The position numbers and the translations under genes are program-made. A stretch of DNA of 61,633 nt from Macrostomum lignano (Eukaryota). Positions within the stretch are counted from its first letter, which is position 1. Every line of letters begins with the position of its first letter. Of the stretch, positions 50,301 to 61,633 are shown piece after piece. Location of the stretch: assembly GCA_002269645.1 (NCBI GenBank), contig NIVC01003183.1, forward strand, positions 1 to 61,633, read 5' to 3'. Under the pieces are notes generated by a model. It saw nothing but the letters and a program-made list of their open reading frames with translations. It had not been told where the DNA came from and made no database searches.

Positions 50301-50799
50301 TATTATCTTCAGATGCACAACATCGAAGGGTATGCGCAGAATGATAGCCAACAAAGATCTATAAAGAGATTTTCTAATTAATTAATAAAGAATCGATAAT
50401 ATGTGCATATATACACCGTATGCAGAGCACAGAATAAAACAAACATTTTATCAAGTTAATTAACAGTCAGTACTCATACAATAAATCAATAATTAACCAT
50501 TTAATGTGTTAAGATATAAAAGAAGGATTGGCATGTTTTGTGCTTGTCGATCATTAAATACTTACCCATTAAGAGCTGATAAAATTCTGCATCTTTTTCT
50601 TCTGCAATAAAAAAGCATTCATTTTGGTCTTTGATCCAGAATGCATCTGTGAGTTAGTAAGCCATATTGAAATAGCCAGCTTAAACTCACCATTCCAGTC
50701 TTCAGGCTCTGTTTGCTGAAGGCGTTCTATTTCAGCTGTTGTTGACTTTGGGTACCCTTTGCTATATTGATCTGTTTGATGATCCTCTGAGTCTGACAT
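47361..50799 (-). CDS. CCDC181: Coiled-coil domain-containing protein 181-like (ciliary/sperm microtubule-associated); exons 50799-50691, 50106-49964, 49718-49446, 48679-48156, 47529-47361
   Basis: RIRFSENLV, KVVVVNDGKIRYVN, RENSAAFDAWLRRKREQ, AYQSWLARK, RRAFKQ|WLRRK and C-terminal YRYLDYH parallel CCDC181 motifs recalled from the human protein; all introns GT-AG with consistent phases; exon 4 acceptor is the least certain. Confidence 0.82.
47880..48132. repeat. 22-bp minisatellite in the last CCDC181 intron
   Basis: CCATGTGCGTGTTTGCATGTAA-like units. Confidence 0.9.
48760..49229. mobile_element. MITE with long (~70 bp) TIRs inside CCDC181 intron 3
   Basis: CTCAAGTAGAAGGATGGGAACTACGTTTCTTGG.. 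vs reverse complement of ..CCCAAGAAACGTAGTTTTCCGTCCTTCTATTTGAG. Confidence 0.85.
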
Positions 50800-51749
50800 T
50801 TGTAATTTTGCAGTAATATAAAATTACTTTAAAATTGGCAAGCCTTCAAGTCAAATTTTAATAATCATTTGAGAAAGTGGTGATGGATACAAAAGGACAA
50901 ATTTAAAGCAATGCTATGGTTTGACAGATATCAAAATACTCAGTAGCCCTTTCAACCTGACATCTCACATGCACATTGTAGTTTCTATAGTACTGTCTAA
51001 TTCATGTATGAAAATAAATTCATATTAAGATTTATACTATACATAGTATTTAAATAATGTTACTACTTTTAGACAGATTGGATAAGAAAGGCATTCAATA
51101 TTAGCCAGCACCCTTTTTTGTAGACTCTAGAACATATGTTTTAAATGTATCATTTATATAGATTGTCAGTTACTAGCTTTAATAAAGTATATCACAAGTT
51201 TAACTTAAAAAAAAATGCACATGAACAACTTCAAGGAAAAAATCACTAATTTATAACTTTGAACAAGTAATTTTGAAGCTAGATAGGCCTATGGCTATGT
51301 TTAGCATCTTTTCATTTTTTGTCATTGCATTTTCAATTCAGTAGAAATTTTTTCTATGGATCATACTTGATAATCAAGATAAATAAATGCTAAAAATATA
51401 CCTGTACGCCTAGGCTTATTGATAAGCATATCCAACTATTAAGCCTTTAAAACGATTAGCAGTTACTGTTTTTTTACCCAGCTGCTGCAATAAAGGTATT
51501 TGATCAAAAGCTTTTGTATTTTTAATTCGGTGGCGTTTCAGAAACTAAACTCTTCATAATTATTTTCTAAAGCAATTGATATCAACAGAAATATTGTAAA
51601 AAAAGCAATATATACAATACATACACATTATACATATACAAATATCGTTATGTATCACATGAAGAAATTATTTATAAACATTATACGATTAAGACCATTT
51701 ATTTCACTTAAAGTCAGTATTTGAAATTATTCCAGTGTCACGTCGAACG

Positions 51750-52791
51750 CGTTGCTATGGTTTTCTCATGAAGTCGCATTTAACGAGTTTTGAAAAAACG
51801 CAACGTGTATCTACATCGAAGAAGTAAATGAATTTAAATACCTGGGAATTATTTTTGAACCAAAAAACAGCTTTAAAAATGTATTGAACACCAAACTAAG
51901 CAGGGATATACAGCCATGTTTTCCCTACTCCATAGGGTAAAGAATACGTCCCTAGACATCACACTCATTCGCAGACTATTTGACGCGCTTGTTACCCCCG
52001 TTATCACTTACGGTTGTGAGCTCTGGGGCCCTCTGGCTACCATGTCTGATACAAAAGCTATTGATAATATTCAGCTGAAATTCTACAAATATCTCCTCAA
52101 TCTACCAAAATTTGCTAGCAACAGTGTGATATCATCAGAACTTGAGCTTACTCCAATCTCTCAACGAATCGCTAAAACCTACCTCATCTACTGGCTGAAG
52201 ATTAGACACAAAAAACTCTGCCAAACGACTCTAGAAATTTTCTACTCAAGCACCGGCCAAAAAAATCCATGGAAAATGAATGTACTAAAGAAACTAGAAA
52301 GTATAGACCTAAAAGCACTAACTGAAGATAAACTTTCCCAAAGCTTTAATAGCGAGAAATACCTAGTGAAAAAGCACCTCAAGATACACAGAGAAAGAGA
52401 ACTTAGCCAAAAGCTAGAGAATCAGCAACATATTAAACTCTACAAAAACGCCTATCTCTACAAAAAAATCTGCAGGCCCGACCTTTCAGATTACTTCCCA
52501 TGTACATTTAGAAACAAAAAATTCTTAACAACCCTCCTAAAACTGAAATGCGAGATTACACCCAACTTTTTTTCTCAAGAACCATGTAAATTGTGTGGAG
52601 CGCGAAATGGTTCTGAAATTCTACACTACTTGACCGAATGTCCACAAACTGAAGAGATCAGGAAAAAATACTTCTGTCAATACCTCTTAAATAGCAATCA
52701 AATACACAAGATAGGATATGCTACAAATGAAAAAAGAGTCAGAAAAGAACTCACTGGTGTAGCTAAAATATATGAAGTCATGAATAGCTAA
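51750..52791 (+). mobile_element. 5'-truncated non-LTR retrotransposon (end of RT, thumb and CCHC knuckle), frameshifted
   Basis: EEVNEFKYLGI (RT domain 7) at ~51818 in a different frame from ORF 51916..52791, which has YGCELWG and CKLCGARNGSEILHYLTECP. Confidence 0.85.
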
Positions 52792-53477
52792 AACAGTTAA
52801 ACAAACTGAATCAGATACATTAGCAGTGTAACAAATCCGCTTTTCAGTTGTTTATTCATTTACTGTCTTTTTTAATTCCCTATTTAAATCGTCGTTATTC
52901 GTTAAACGTAAAGTTCTTCCGAAGTATTGTTTATGTTCGTTTTTTCACGCTTTGAAATATCACGCGCTTTCAAAAATACTACATCTTTTTTTACAAACTC
53001 GCTTACCAAAGTAATCTCGCAATTAAAGCTATACCTCGTAATTTGTACTCATTTTTGTATTAATATTTATACTCGTTGTTAGTTGTTAGTCGTCACTTTT
53101 CGTCCAAAAATACCGTAAAAATTCTGGCGCGCTTTCAAATATTTTATCTTTTACAATAACTCTAACTCTTACTACTACTAACTCGCGGCAAATCGTCTTT
53201 ATAAACTTCTATTTCGAAAACTTTTCCAAATACATAGCTCTATAATATATTGGCCAAACAGGCTAATTGCCTGAGCCAAATTCTCTTACTACTACTACTA
53301 CATCATAGTAGAATATAATATTTTGTGTGAATTTTTCTTACTTTCTGTATCGTGCATTTTTATTTTACACAGGTATTGCGGTTATTTTTGTTTCCTACTT
53401 AATTAGTTAAGATGGTTCTTACCCTCTAATAATTCTAATAGTGCTACATACGTTTACAAGAAATACTATTCTGTAAA

Positions 53478-53877
53478 GGGGCGTCGCTACCGGGGGGGGG
53501 GGACAGGGGCAGGGGGGCATGAAAAATGCTTTGCCCAACCTTGTAACCTGTTATGGAAATCAATATTTTTGCTTCAGGGCGACAAAACATAGTGGCCGCG
53601 AAATAAGTGCCTGTGGCGCTAAAAATGAGTTCCCGCAGTGCGAAAAAGTGCCCAAAATGAGTGGCTGCGGCGCTAAAATTAGTGTCTATGGAGCCAAAAT
53701 GATTGTGCCTGCGGCGCCAAAATGAGAGTGCTTGCGGTGCCAAAATGAGCGCTGACAACACTGATTCAGAAAATACGCTCGTATAATTAATGTAACATGT
53801 AGGAATTTATTAGTCATGTACATGTAGAATTCCTGGCTTTTCCCCGCCCACCATAAAATCCATGGTCAACGCGCCTT
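53478..53877. mobile_element. Possible hAT-like MITE with internal gcgccaaaatgag sub-repeats
   Basis: Ends AGGGGCGTCG / CAACGCGCCT (8/10 inverted match), poly-G tract; no clear TSD. Confidence 0.35.
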
Positions 53878-54539
53878 ATTATTTAATGTTCAAACATGGT
53901 GATTTTTTCAATGATAACATAAAATCTGAAAAGATAACCAATTTTTTATGGTTGGTGTCGTACCGACTCTTGGTACTCTTACTATGGGTGTCCGGGTGTG
54001 AAGAGGTTTTTTTTTTAAATAAACGTTAAACCCGGCCGGTCGATCGATCCACTCAGCTTTATATTAATTATATATAATTAGAGATGCTATTGGGCGAACC
54101 GCAGCGACGTGTAACATGTACAATCGTATATGCATGGACAAGGAACTGCATACAGCTCATTCTAAGATCAAGGAAGAAACCCTAAAGAATGCTGCCGGTA
54201 TTTAGAGACCCAAGCTGCATGGTTACCCTTATTGAGAAAAGGTGCCATCTAAAAATCCAAAATGATTTAGTAGAGTGAATTGTGTCATGCATCGTTGTGT
54301 ATATTAATCAATAGCAATTACGCTGGACCTTTTGAAGCCTTTATATTCACAATAACAGCATGCACTGCACACTTAAGTTAAGTGAGCAGCAGTTTTACAG
54401 TTTTAATTCAACATGTTCACTGGTTTACTTTTCTTTTGTTTTATTGACTCATTGACATTAGTAAATATATTCTTAATCAGTATAGTCTGAATAAATTGTA
54501 ACAAACTGGGCTGGTCTCTAGAGTCAACGTAGTCTTTCC

Positions 54540-55025
54540 TTAATTTATGATGCTGAGACACGAACTATCACTTCTTTCGCTTTCTTTAACAAAGCCTTTT
54601 CCAAAAATCAGCCAGTTCTTCACGTCCATCTTGCTGAGGTCCATCGGCTTCATTTCGGGATCCTTCATGTTGCTAGCCAATGCCGTTAGATTGAATCCTT
54701 TCGGCTTGCTCTGGCCGGTCTGTTGCAGCAACATCAGCCTCTCCTGGTACAGGATGATCTCACGCAGCATCTGGCTGATGTTGGGGTAGCCGTGACTCTC
54801 CTTGCGCTTAAATATGCACTCTTTATTCACGTAGACGTCAAACGTGCCAAAGTCGTCAGTCTCGTAGCCGTCAATGTTGACATCCCAGAAGTGCTTCATC
54901 ACGGCGCTCCTAATTGCGTAGAATGCCACTACATTTGGCTGAATTCCACAGAATCGAATCTCGATTCGCAGTGGTTCCTTCTTCTGCGGGCCCTTTGGGG
55001 CGTCGCTTTGTCTCGTGGTGGACAT
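54540..55025 (-). CDS. Rdx-family (SelW/MIEN1-like) thioredoxin-fold protein, single-Cys motif, 161 aa, intronless
   Basis: IEIRFC...AV..HF..V.I....GTFDVYVN...IF.RK...GYP matches the Rdx beta-C-alpha-beta-GxFEV-beta-FP pattern. Confidence 0.7.
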   Translation of the reverse strand: MSTTRQSDAPKGPQKKEPLRIEIRFCGIQPNVVAFYAIRSAVMKHFWDVNIDGYETDDFGTFDVYVNKECIFKRKESHGYPNISQMLREIILYQERLMLLQQTGQSKPKGFNLTALASNMKDPEMKPMDLSKMDVKNWLIFGKGFVKESERSDSSCLSIIN

Positions 55026-56562
55026 CGAATTTCGTTTTTGCGAAGTCGAATAGTCGGTTTTTACAATTAATTAATTGCTGCATGCAGCTACGTGTGAGTT
55101 TGCAGGCATCTCTCGTGTTCCCAGAGACTGAAATTATTACTAAAAGTGCATAATTTGGGTACATTCAAAACCAAAGACAAAAAATGCTAAATAAGTCATA
55201 ACAATCGGTTAATGTATAGAATATGTGGTAAAAGCAATTTTTTAACTCCCTGGCATGTTTGGGGTTGAATTTTACGAAGCACGTCTGATAACGGGATAAA
55301 AACAAGCTAGCAAACCAGTGGTTTTGCCAATAGTGATTTTATACGAAGCGACGTGGTTAAGTTAACTAGCAATCCAGATTAAACCGTGAGTTACATGTTG
55401 GCATATTGTATGATGGTATATGCTCTATGCTTCTAATGATGCTATATGTTCATGTTTGCATGGCTATTGATAAATGCTAAAGAATTTGAAATATGAATGA
55501 CACTAATGTTGGGTAAAGTCAATATTTATAACGCTCGTATTTAACTAGTTTACATATAAATAGAACGAAACAGTAGCAGAACAGACTTGAACAGAAACAG
55601 CAGACGTACTTGCGTACAGCAGGTAGTTTCATAGTTTATTCCATTTAGTTAATTCAGTTACACTGAACCTGTCAGTCTCTGTTGATTTCCATCCTGACCA
55701 CCAGACATCTCGGTACAAATTAAGCTGAAGCATGCACTTGTTCTGCTCCCGTTCACTGTCATATCAGCAAAGTGCCAGTAGTTCGTCTCGGCGATAACTC
55801 GTATATGACATATACTCAGCAACATCGAAAAGTCGCCATCACAAAAGATTCCGTCTGTGGTCGCCACTTTTGAGAGTGCAGGTAAAGTCTCTCAATCTTT
55901 GCGAGTGACGCAACTCAGCTACGCCGCGGCAGACTTGGATTGAGGAATGAAGTGGGGAGAGCGGTGTGCGAGGGTTGGACGGATTAAAGCTACTCCTCAG
56001 TTTTCTCACATTTTTTATTTTAGAATAGTCCAAGAGAAATTTCTCTTGGAGTATGCTACTGCCCTGGCTTAACTGTTTATTCCTGCATGTACTCAGTTTT
56101 TTGTTTAATAAACATGTTGTTTATGGCCTTTGCCTAGTTTTACCGATAACTAAGCTGATATACTGGCTAATTTAGCTTGCCGTTGCATGGCAGGCATGCC
56201 TTAGTTAATGTACATGTATTAATGCTTTAATATCACGAGTTATACCATTTATAGAGCACACTTAAGAAGCAATGAAATATCTTTATATTTGTAATCATAG
56301 ATACGATATACATTAGCATGTAAAAAGCAAGTCCTGGATCGCGATCATCACGGGTTCCGGTGTCCCGTTCGCAAGCATTTGGATCGCATTCTTGATATTC
56401 AGAATGAGGTCTGAAGAATTAGACTAAGACAACTGTCGTACACTCGGCCTATCCAAATTTCGCTTCCAAATTCAACACCGCTTTAGATTTGTTGTCAAAT
56501 TCCTAACAGTCTCATATTTGTTTGTTTGTTTATTAATACTAATTGGAAGTATTGCAATACTA

Positions 56563-56800
56563 CTCAAGTAGAATTTTCTTGGAAAATTTTAGGAGGCAGA
56601 TTCTACCGAAAATATTGAGATAGGAGGTTTTTATTTTGCAGCACAAAAATTGTTTTTGCTTTTGATAGGAGGCAGACCTAATGTTTATCTTTTGATATGT
56701 TGTGCCTTTCTTATAGCTCTATAGATATTCATAAAATTAAGTTTTTCGTTTCGAAAATTAGAAATATATGTTAATTTTATATCCTACGTCCAAGTACCTG
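56563..56800. mobile_element. Partial copy of the 48760-49229 MITE family
   Basis: ctcaagtag..ttcttggaaaat..aggcag..ttgcttttgataggaggcagacc..gaaaattag..atatcctacgt shared. Confidence 0.75.
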
Positions 56801-57010
56801 TCCTATACAAGATAAAGAAATTTAGCCCTATAAACACCAATCTCATTATAAGTGCATTTTAAAGTGAAATGGGACCTACCAAGGTGTTTTTTATATGATT
56901 TTCAATTGTTGTGTCCTCTTGATACCTTTTGGTGGTCCTTGGAAGCCGGACCTGGATGACGGTCCGAGCCAAGGACCAGTCAACCCCCCCCCCTGTCTCC
57001 GCTTCAAGGT

Positions 57011-57577
57011 TCACATGATGAAGCAGCGCCAGCCGCTCCTTCCCAGCTCCTTCTTGCCGGGCGGTCCGCGGCCCAGCCTGGCCGCCTCCTCGAACACGGC
57101 GCAGACTCCGTCCTGAGTCAGGGCGGAGCACTCCAGGTAGCGCACCGCTCCGATGTCCTTGGCCATCGCCATTCCCTGCAGCCGGCTGATGCACCGGCCA
57201 GGCGGGCTGTCCTGCCGCCGGAGGTCCAGCTTGGTGCCAACCAGCAGCAGGGGGGCCAGCGGGCAGAAGTGGCGAACTTCTTTCACCCATCGGTTGCGCG
57301 CGTTCTCGTAGCTGGCCGGCTCAACCAGCGAGAAGCAGATGATGATGACGTCAGTCATGGGGTAGACCACGGGCCGCAGGCGGTCGTATTCGCTCTGGCC
57401 GGCCGTGTCCCACAGGCTGAGAGCGCAGACAGCCCCGTCGAGGTTGATGATGGTGGAATAGTTGTCAAACACTGTGGGGATGTGGTCGGCTGGGAAAGCA
57501 TTGCTGACGTAGCAGATCATCAGGCTGGTCTTGCCGACCTCGCCGTCGCCAACGACTACCGCCTTGATGGTGTCCAT
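57011..57577 (-). CDS. Rac-like Rho-family small GTPase, intronless, 188 aa
   Basis: [38 protein letters not shown], CaaX CFIM. Confidence 0.95.
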   Translation of the reverse strand: MDTIKAVVVGDGEVGKTSLMICYVSNAFPADHIPTVFDNYSTIINLDGAVCALSLWDTAGQSEYDRLRPVVYPMTDVIIICFSLVEPASYENARNRWVKEVRHFCPLAPLLLVGTKLDLRRQDSPPGRCISRLQGMAMAKDIGAVRYLECSALTQDGVCAVFEEAARLGRGPPGKKELGRSGWRCFIM

Positions 57578-58733
57578 TTGGCTAGCGGCTGCTGCTGGTT
57601 CTGCTGCAGCAATTGAATAATTGGCTTTCAGCGCCGTTTTTCCGTTGTTTTCAGTTTTGTTTTACTTCGAGAGAGGATTTCTGTGCAGTAAGCTTTGTGG
57701 CTTATTAGAGTGAAAATGAACTTATTTAGCAGGCAGACTGCAGGCTAAGGATGCCACTGCGATCAGATATTTAAACTCTATCTTTGGTCAGTGGCGGTTA
57801 GCTGAGTTATTAAAACTGCAGCTTACAAGTGGGTGGCTGTGGGTGCTGCACGATCCGCCTCAGGCTGTGTTCTAGTCGCCCCCCTCCCAAGAGGCAAATC
57901 AAAAATGCGATTTATTTTCACTGTCTTCCCTCGCGACCACCCGCCACCCAATCCAGCCAAACAGAGCTGTGGCGCATTGCCAGTGTGCATGGTGACAGCC
58001 ATAATTCGCTTGGGGCATCGCATATGCACAGCTGCACCGCTTTTTGCTTGACGATGTTTATCGCCAGATACACGTAATACCAGCCTGTGCCTGTGTCTGC
58101 ACCATGTAATATTGAGAAATTAAAGGACAAATTGCTTTTCTATAAAATGAAAAATCAATGGATTATATAAGTTAGAAATGTTTATTTTAATATAGTTAAT
58201 ATTTCGATGATTATTCAAGAAAAAATTAGAATATAATTATAATAATTGAATGGGCAACTCAGTACATTTGCGTGTAAGCTACTTTCAGTTCAGTAGCGAG
58301 TTTAAATAGAAGCATTTTAACGTATTTTAAGACAAGGCCCTCGGACCCCAGCGGAACCCCAGCTGTGTGGAAGGACCCCCAGCGAATCTTTCCACACAAA
58401 ATCCTCGGTGTTGCAGCCTAAAGCTGGCATGTACATTCTCAGTGGCTCTGTCTGGCTAATGTACATTACGGCTGCACCAATAGCCAGTTGTTTGCGTCTG
58501 CGAGTAACTCCAACTGCTTGTCTTCATAAAATAGCTTGCGCATTCTTCCTTACTACTGAGCTGAAAGTAGAGAAACTGCTGTATGCCTAGGCAATACATG
58601 TATAAGCATTAACATCAGCAACAATGCATTACAACGTGTGCTTCAAACTACGAGCGTAATAAATACTTTAACCACCACGATTTCAAGCATTACAGGTAAA
58701 CCTAGTACACCTCCGTAACTTTGTACATGGTCC

Positions 58734-59449
58734 TCAATGGCAGCCCTCAATGTGCATCTGCATGTGCTTCAGGTAGACTCTGGGAACGAAGCCGGGCTCG
58801 CCCAGTCTGTGCAGCTGATTCACCAAGCACTTGCCGCAGTAGGGGCTCACTGGCGGCCGCTCTCGGGGACAGTCGTTGCTGTCGCACACGTGCCGGTGCA
58901 GCTGCTGCTCCCGCATCGCCTGGCTGGTCTGGCGCTTCCACTTTGTCCTGCAAGCGGAATCAATTAAAACGACTTGGTTTCAATGGTGGCCCAAAAGAGA
59001 GAAGCCTCAATGATCTGCTGTGACTCTCATCGGCATTCTCACCTGCGGTTCTGATACCAAGTCTTCACCTGAGTCTCAGTCAGCTCCAGCTGCTCTGCAA
59101 TGTCAGCCCTGTCAGCCACGCTCAGGTACTTCTGACAGTGGAACCGGCGCTCCAGAAACTGCAGCTGCGAGTGCGTGAAGGCCGTCCGCCGGCGGCGTTT
59201 GCCCGCACCGCCGCCACCGTCGGCAACTCCGTCGACATCCGCGTCGTCTTCTGCCTCCGCATCGGCTGCATCGGCATCGTCCGCGGTGTCAGCCGGGCCG
59301 GGGACGTCGCTATGATGGTTGGAGTCCTCCTCGGACTTAAGAATATTTCGCATTAGGAAAGACTGTCCACCGCAGACGCTGGTAGTTGACTTCTGCGGCT
59401 TCCCGACGTCTCTGCCGACTTCCTCTGCTGGCGTCGCCTTGTCCGCCAT
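58734..59449 (-). CDS. ANTP/NKL homeobox protein, Bari/BarH-like; exons 59449-59043 and 58947-58734, 206 aa
   Basis: Homeodomain [53 protein letters not shown]|TKWKRQ across a 95-nt GTGAG..cag intron; eh1-like FLMRNIL. Confidence 0.93.
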
Positions 59450-59488
59450 TTTCTTTGAGGCGAAGCGAGGCGTGCGACGAGGCGAGCC

Positions 59489-59494
59489 TTTATA
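59489..59494 (-). promoter_or_regulatory. TATA box upstream of the homeobox gene
   Basis: TATAAA on the minus strand ~40 nt upstream of the ATG in GC-rich context. Confidence 0.55.
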
Positions 59495-60143
59495 TCAGCG
59501 AGCCGCCTTGTGGCTCATTATCGCGTCATTTCTCCCGGCGCAAATATTCGTGTTTTCCCTTCCGCCAAAGCATTTTACCGCCATTCATGCGACCGGGGCC
59601 TGCTAAGTAACAAGATCACACGGCCTGGCAGCGCTGAAGAATGGCTGAGCAGCCCTCCAGGCGCCTTTAACGCCTGCTGAAAGGGAAATTATTAAGGCAG
59701 CGAAAGCGGCCTGGCTAGCAAATTGTGCCAGTTCCAACGGGCCCTCGCCATTGGCCCGCCTGGCAGTCAATTTTCTCGGTGGCACAATGCCTGCAGGGTA
59801 CAAGCCCCAGTTCCCGTGCGAGCCTCAATTTCCCCTATTTGGTGTCGAGTTATGGAAGTGAGCGGCTTTCAAATTGGCCGCCGAGTGTTAAATAAATGCC
59901 CACTTGAGCGGAAGCTGCTTGCTTCGCTTGGCGAGGATCGGTTGCGCTGGACAATGAAATCTGCGGTTATTGGCGAGCACAGAGGAGTATAGCGAGTGGC
60001 TTAGGGCCGCCAAAGTGGATGGCAAAGTTGATTTTTGTTCAAAAGCGAAGTCCGGATTCCTCGCTAGACAGCTTATCCTTAATCTGAGGCGTTGAATATA
60101 GCTTGAAATTGCAAGCACTTTGGCTACAGAACTGTATGGCATA

Positions 60144-60640
60144 ACAGGCTATGACTGTAGCAGCGTAGGTTATGACTGCTGCAGAGTAGGTTATGACTGT
60201 AGCAGAGTAGGTTATGACTGTAGCAGAGTAGGTTATGACTGCTGCAGAGTAGGTTATGACTGCTGCAGAGTAGGTTATGACTGTAGCAGAGTAGGTTATG
60301 ACTGCTGCAGAGTAGGTTATGACTGCTGCAGAGTAGGTTATGACTGTAGCAAAGTAGGTTATGACTGTAGCAGAGTAGGTTATGACTGTAGCAGAGTAGG
60401 TTATGACTGTAGCAGAGTAGGTTATGACTGCTGCAGAGTAGGTTATGACTGTAGCAGAGTAGGTTATGATTTCTGAAGAGTAGATTATGATTTCTGAAGA
60501 GTAGGTTATGATTTCTGAAGAGTAGGTTATGACTGTAGCAGAGTAGGTTATGATTGCTGAAGAGTAGGTTATGATTTCTGAAGAGTAGGTTATGACTGTA
60601 GCAGAGTAGGTTATGATTGCTGAAGAGTAGTAGGTTATGT
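60144..60640. repeat. 21-bp minisatellite (~23 units); short dispersed copy at ~61296-61350
   Basis: AGAGTAGGTTATGACTGTAGC / ..GACTGCTGC / ..GATTTCTGA variants. Confidence 0.96.
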
Positions 60641-61189
60641 TGTGCCCGGGTGCTTTTGCACCGATGAGCAATCTCTGGCTCCCGGTCAAGTGTGCCCAGC
60701 ACTCCCGGCCGCGTGCCTGCGCCAACCCCCCATTCTGTTTGCGTCAACCCCCCACCCATTCTGTCTGCGTCAACCCCCCTCCAGTTGCACCCACCCACTG
60801 TCTGTTAGGTCAGCCGGTTTTGGCTGGCTGCGGCTCCAGTGCGCCCCTCGCTCGCCCTGCGATTGGCTGGTGGTAGTGATACCCCAGGGCTTAACCAGCT
60901 AGCGTAAATATAAATATGTGCAGGATAGAATATGTGCAGGTAGGGGAGGCATCTTTTTGGTTGAATTGTGCAAGACACAGCCATAACGAGCTATTGCAAT
61001 CAGATCCGAAGTTATACTCGGTTACTCAGAAGTTACCCAGCCAGAACTGAAGAGCGAAGTTGAGAGAAGCCTCTCCTACTGCCGTCGCCGCTGCTTCGGG
61101 AAGATAAAAGAGTGAGTCGCGCTTTTTCTCATTTGAGGGACTGGCGGGGATTAATTCGTGCAATAGGGACGGGCTGATCAAGTCTCTTG

Positions 61190-61633
61190 ATCCCTCGATC
61201 CCTCACTCAGAGTCCGAAGTCAGTCCGGCCAGTTGACTGACGCCATCTTCGGCTCGTTCACTGAGATAATCAGAGTCGCGATCCGGCCTGTAGCACAACA
61301 GTTATGACTGCTGCACAGTAGGTTATGATTGTAGCAAGGTAGGTTATAACTTGGCTATGAATTTGTCACTCGGCAGGGTGTCTGAAATGAGATTTCCCTT
61401 GCATAACTTAGAAGATTTCTGTCTACTGAAGTGCAGCTGTTTATTAGCAAAGCCAATAATTTCGTGTATTTGTTTTCACAAAAATACTTAATAAAAACAT
61501 TCGATTGTAAAGCAATAAAGATTTGTTCGGACGCCAACTCAACAGGGATTTACAACTCCGCACTGTGCCTCTGCGGCCTCCACCGCTGCTGCTGCTGCTG
61601 CTGGCACAGCTGCCGCCGCCGGCGTCTCCGTTG
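61190..61633 (-). CDS. Possible 3' exons of a gene entering from beyond the window end
   Basis: GC-rich (GCA)n coding-like sequence at 61560-61633 and tgctacag|GCCGGATCGC.. open frame PDRDSDYLSERAEDGVSQLAGLTSDSE; no homology recognised. Confidence 0.25.

Noticed and set aside
54540-55025. Selenoprotein with UGA readthrough
   Set aside because: No in-frame TGA at the CxxU position and no SECIS recognised
58364-58399. Hairpin tgtgtggaag...ctttccacaca
   Set aside because: Stem too short for a pre-miRNA and no element context
60039-60798. ITYSATV / GYDCSRV repeat proteins
   Set aside because: All frames derive from one 21-bp array; no splice or domain support

Overview
Eukaryotic (metazoan) genomic DNA, most consistent with a free-living flatworm such as Macrostomum: CpG-rich GC-biased exons, GT-AG introns, TTAGGG tracts and many locus-specific minisatellites. 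The organism call is an inference. Note that the ORF track uses GTG/TTG starts, so several of its 'M' residues are not ATG. Splice models were built by hand with reading phase checked. Genes: INCENP (-), an intronless Shaker/Kv1-type K+ channel (+), SPCS2 (+), a same-strand run NOSIP-PIGU-FAAH2-ALKBH6 (+), CCDC181 (-), a SelW/MIEN1-like Rdx protein (-), an intronless Rac-like GTPase (-) and a Bari/BarH-class homeobox gene (-). An AT-rich, CpG-depleted transposon graveyard (~10.4-20.6 kb) holds nested MITEs, a PHD+FLYWCH MULE relic, a Penelope GIY-YIG relic with a decayed hammerhead, and a duplicated repeat carrying a 28S rRNA fragment. Best leads: (1) an operon-like cluster where PIGU and ALKBH6 lack a genomic start codon but have in-frame splice acceptors, so a spliced-leader AUG would supply the initiator; (2) an INCENP intron built from ~16 tandem copies of its own 5' splice site; (3) a Kv1 channel with S4 R1->Asn, a candidate natural gating-pore (omega) channel; (4) the 28S/R2-target-site repeat with directional CpG decay.
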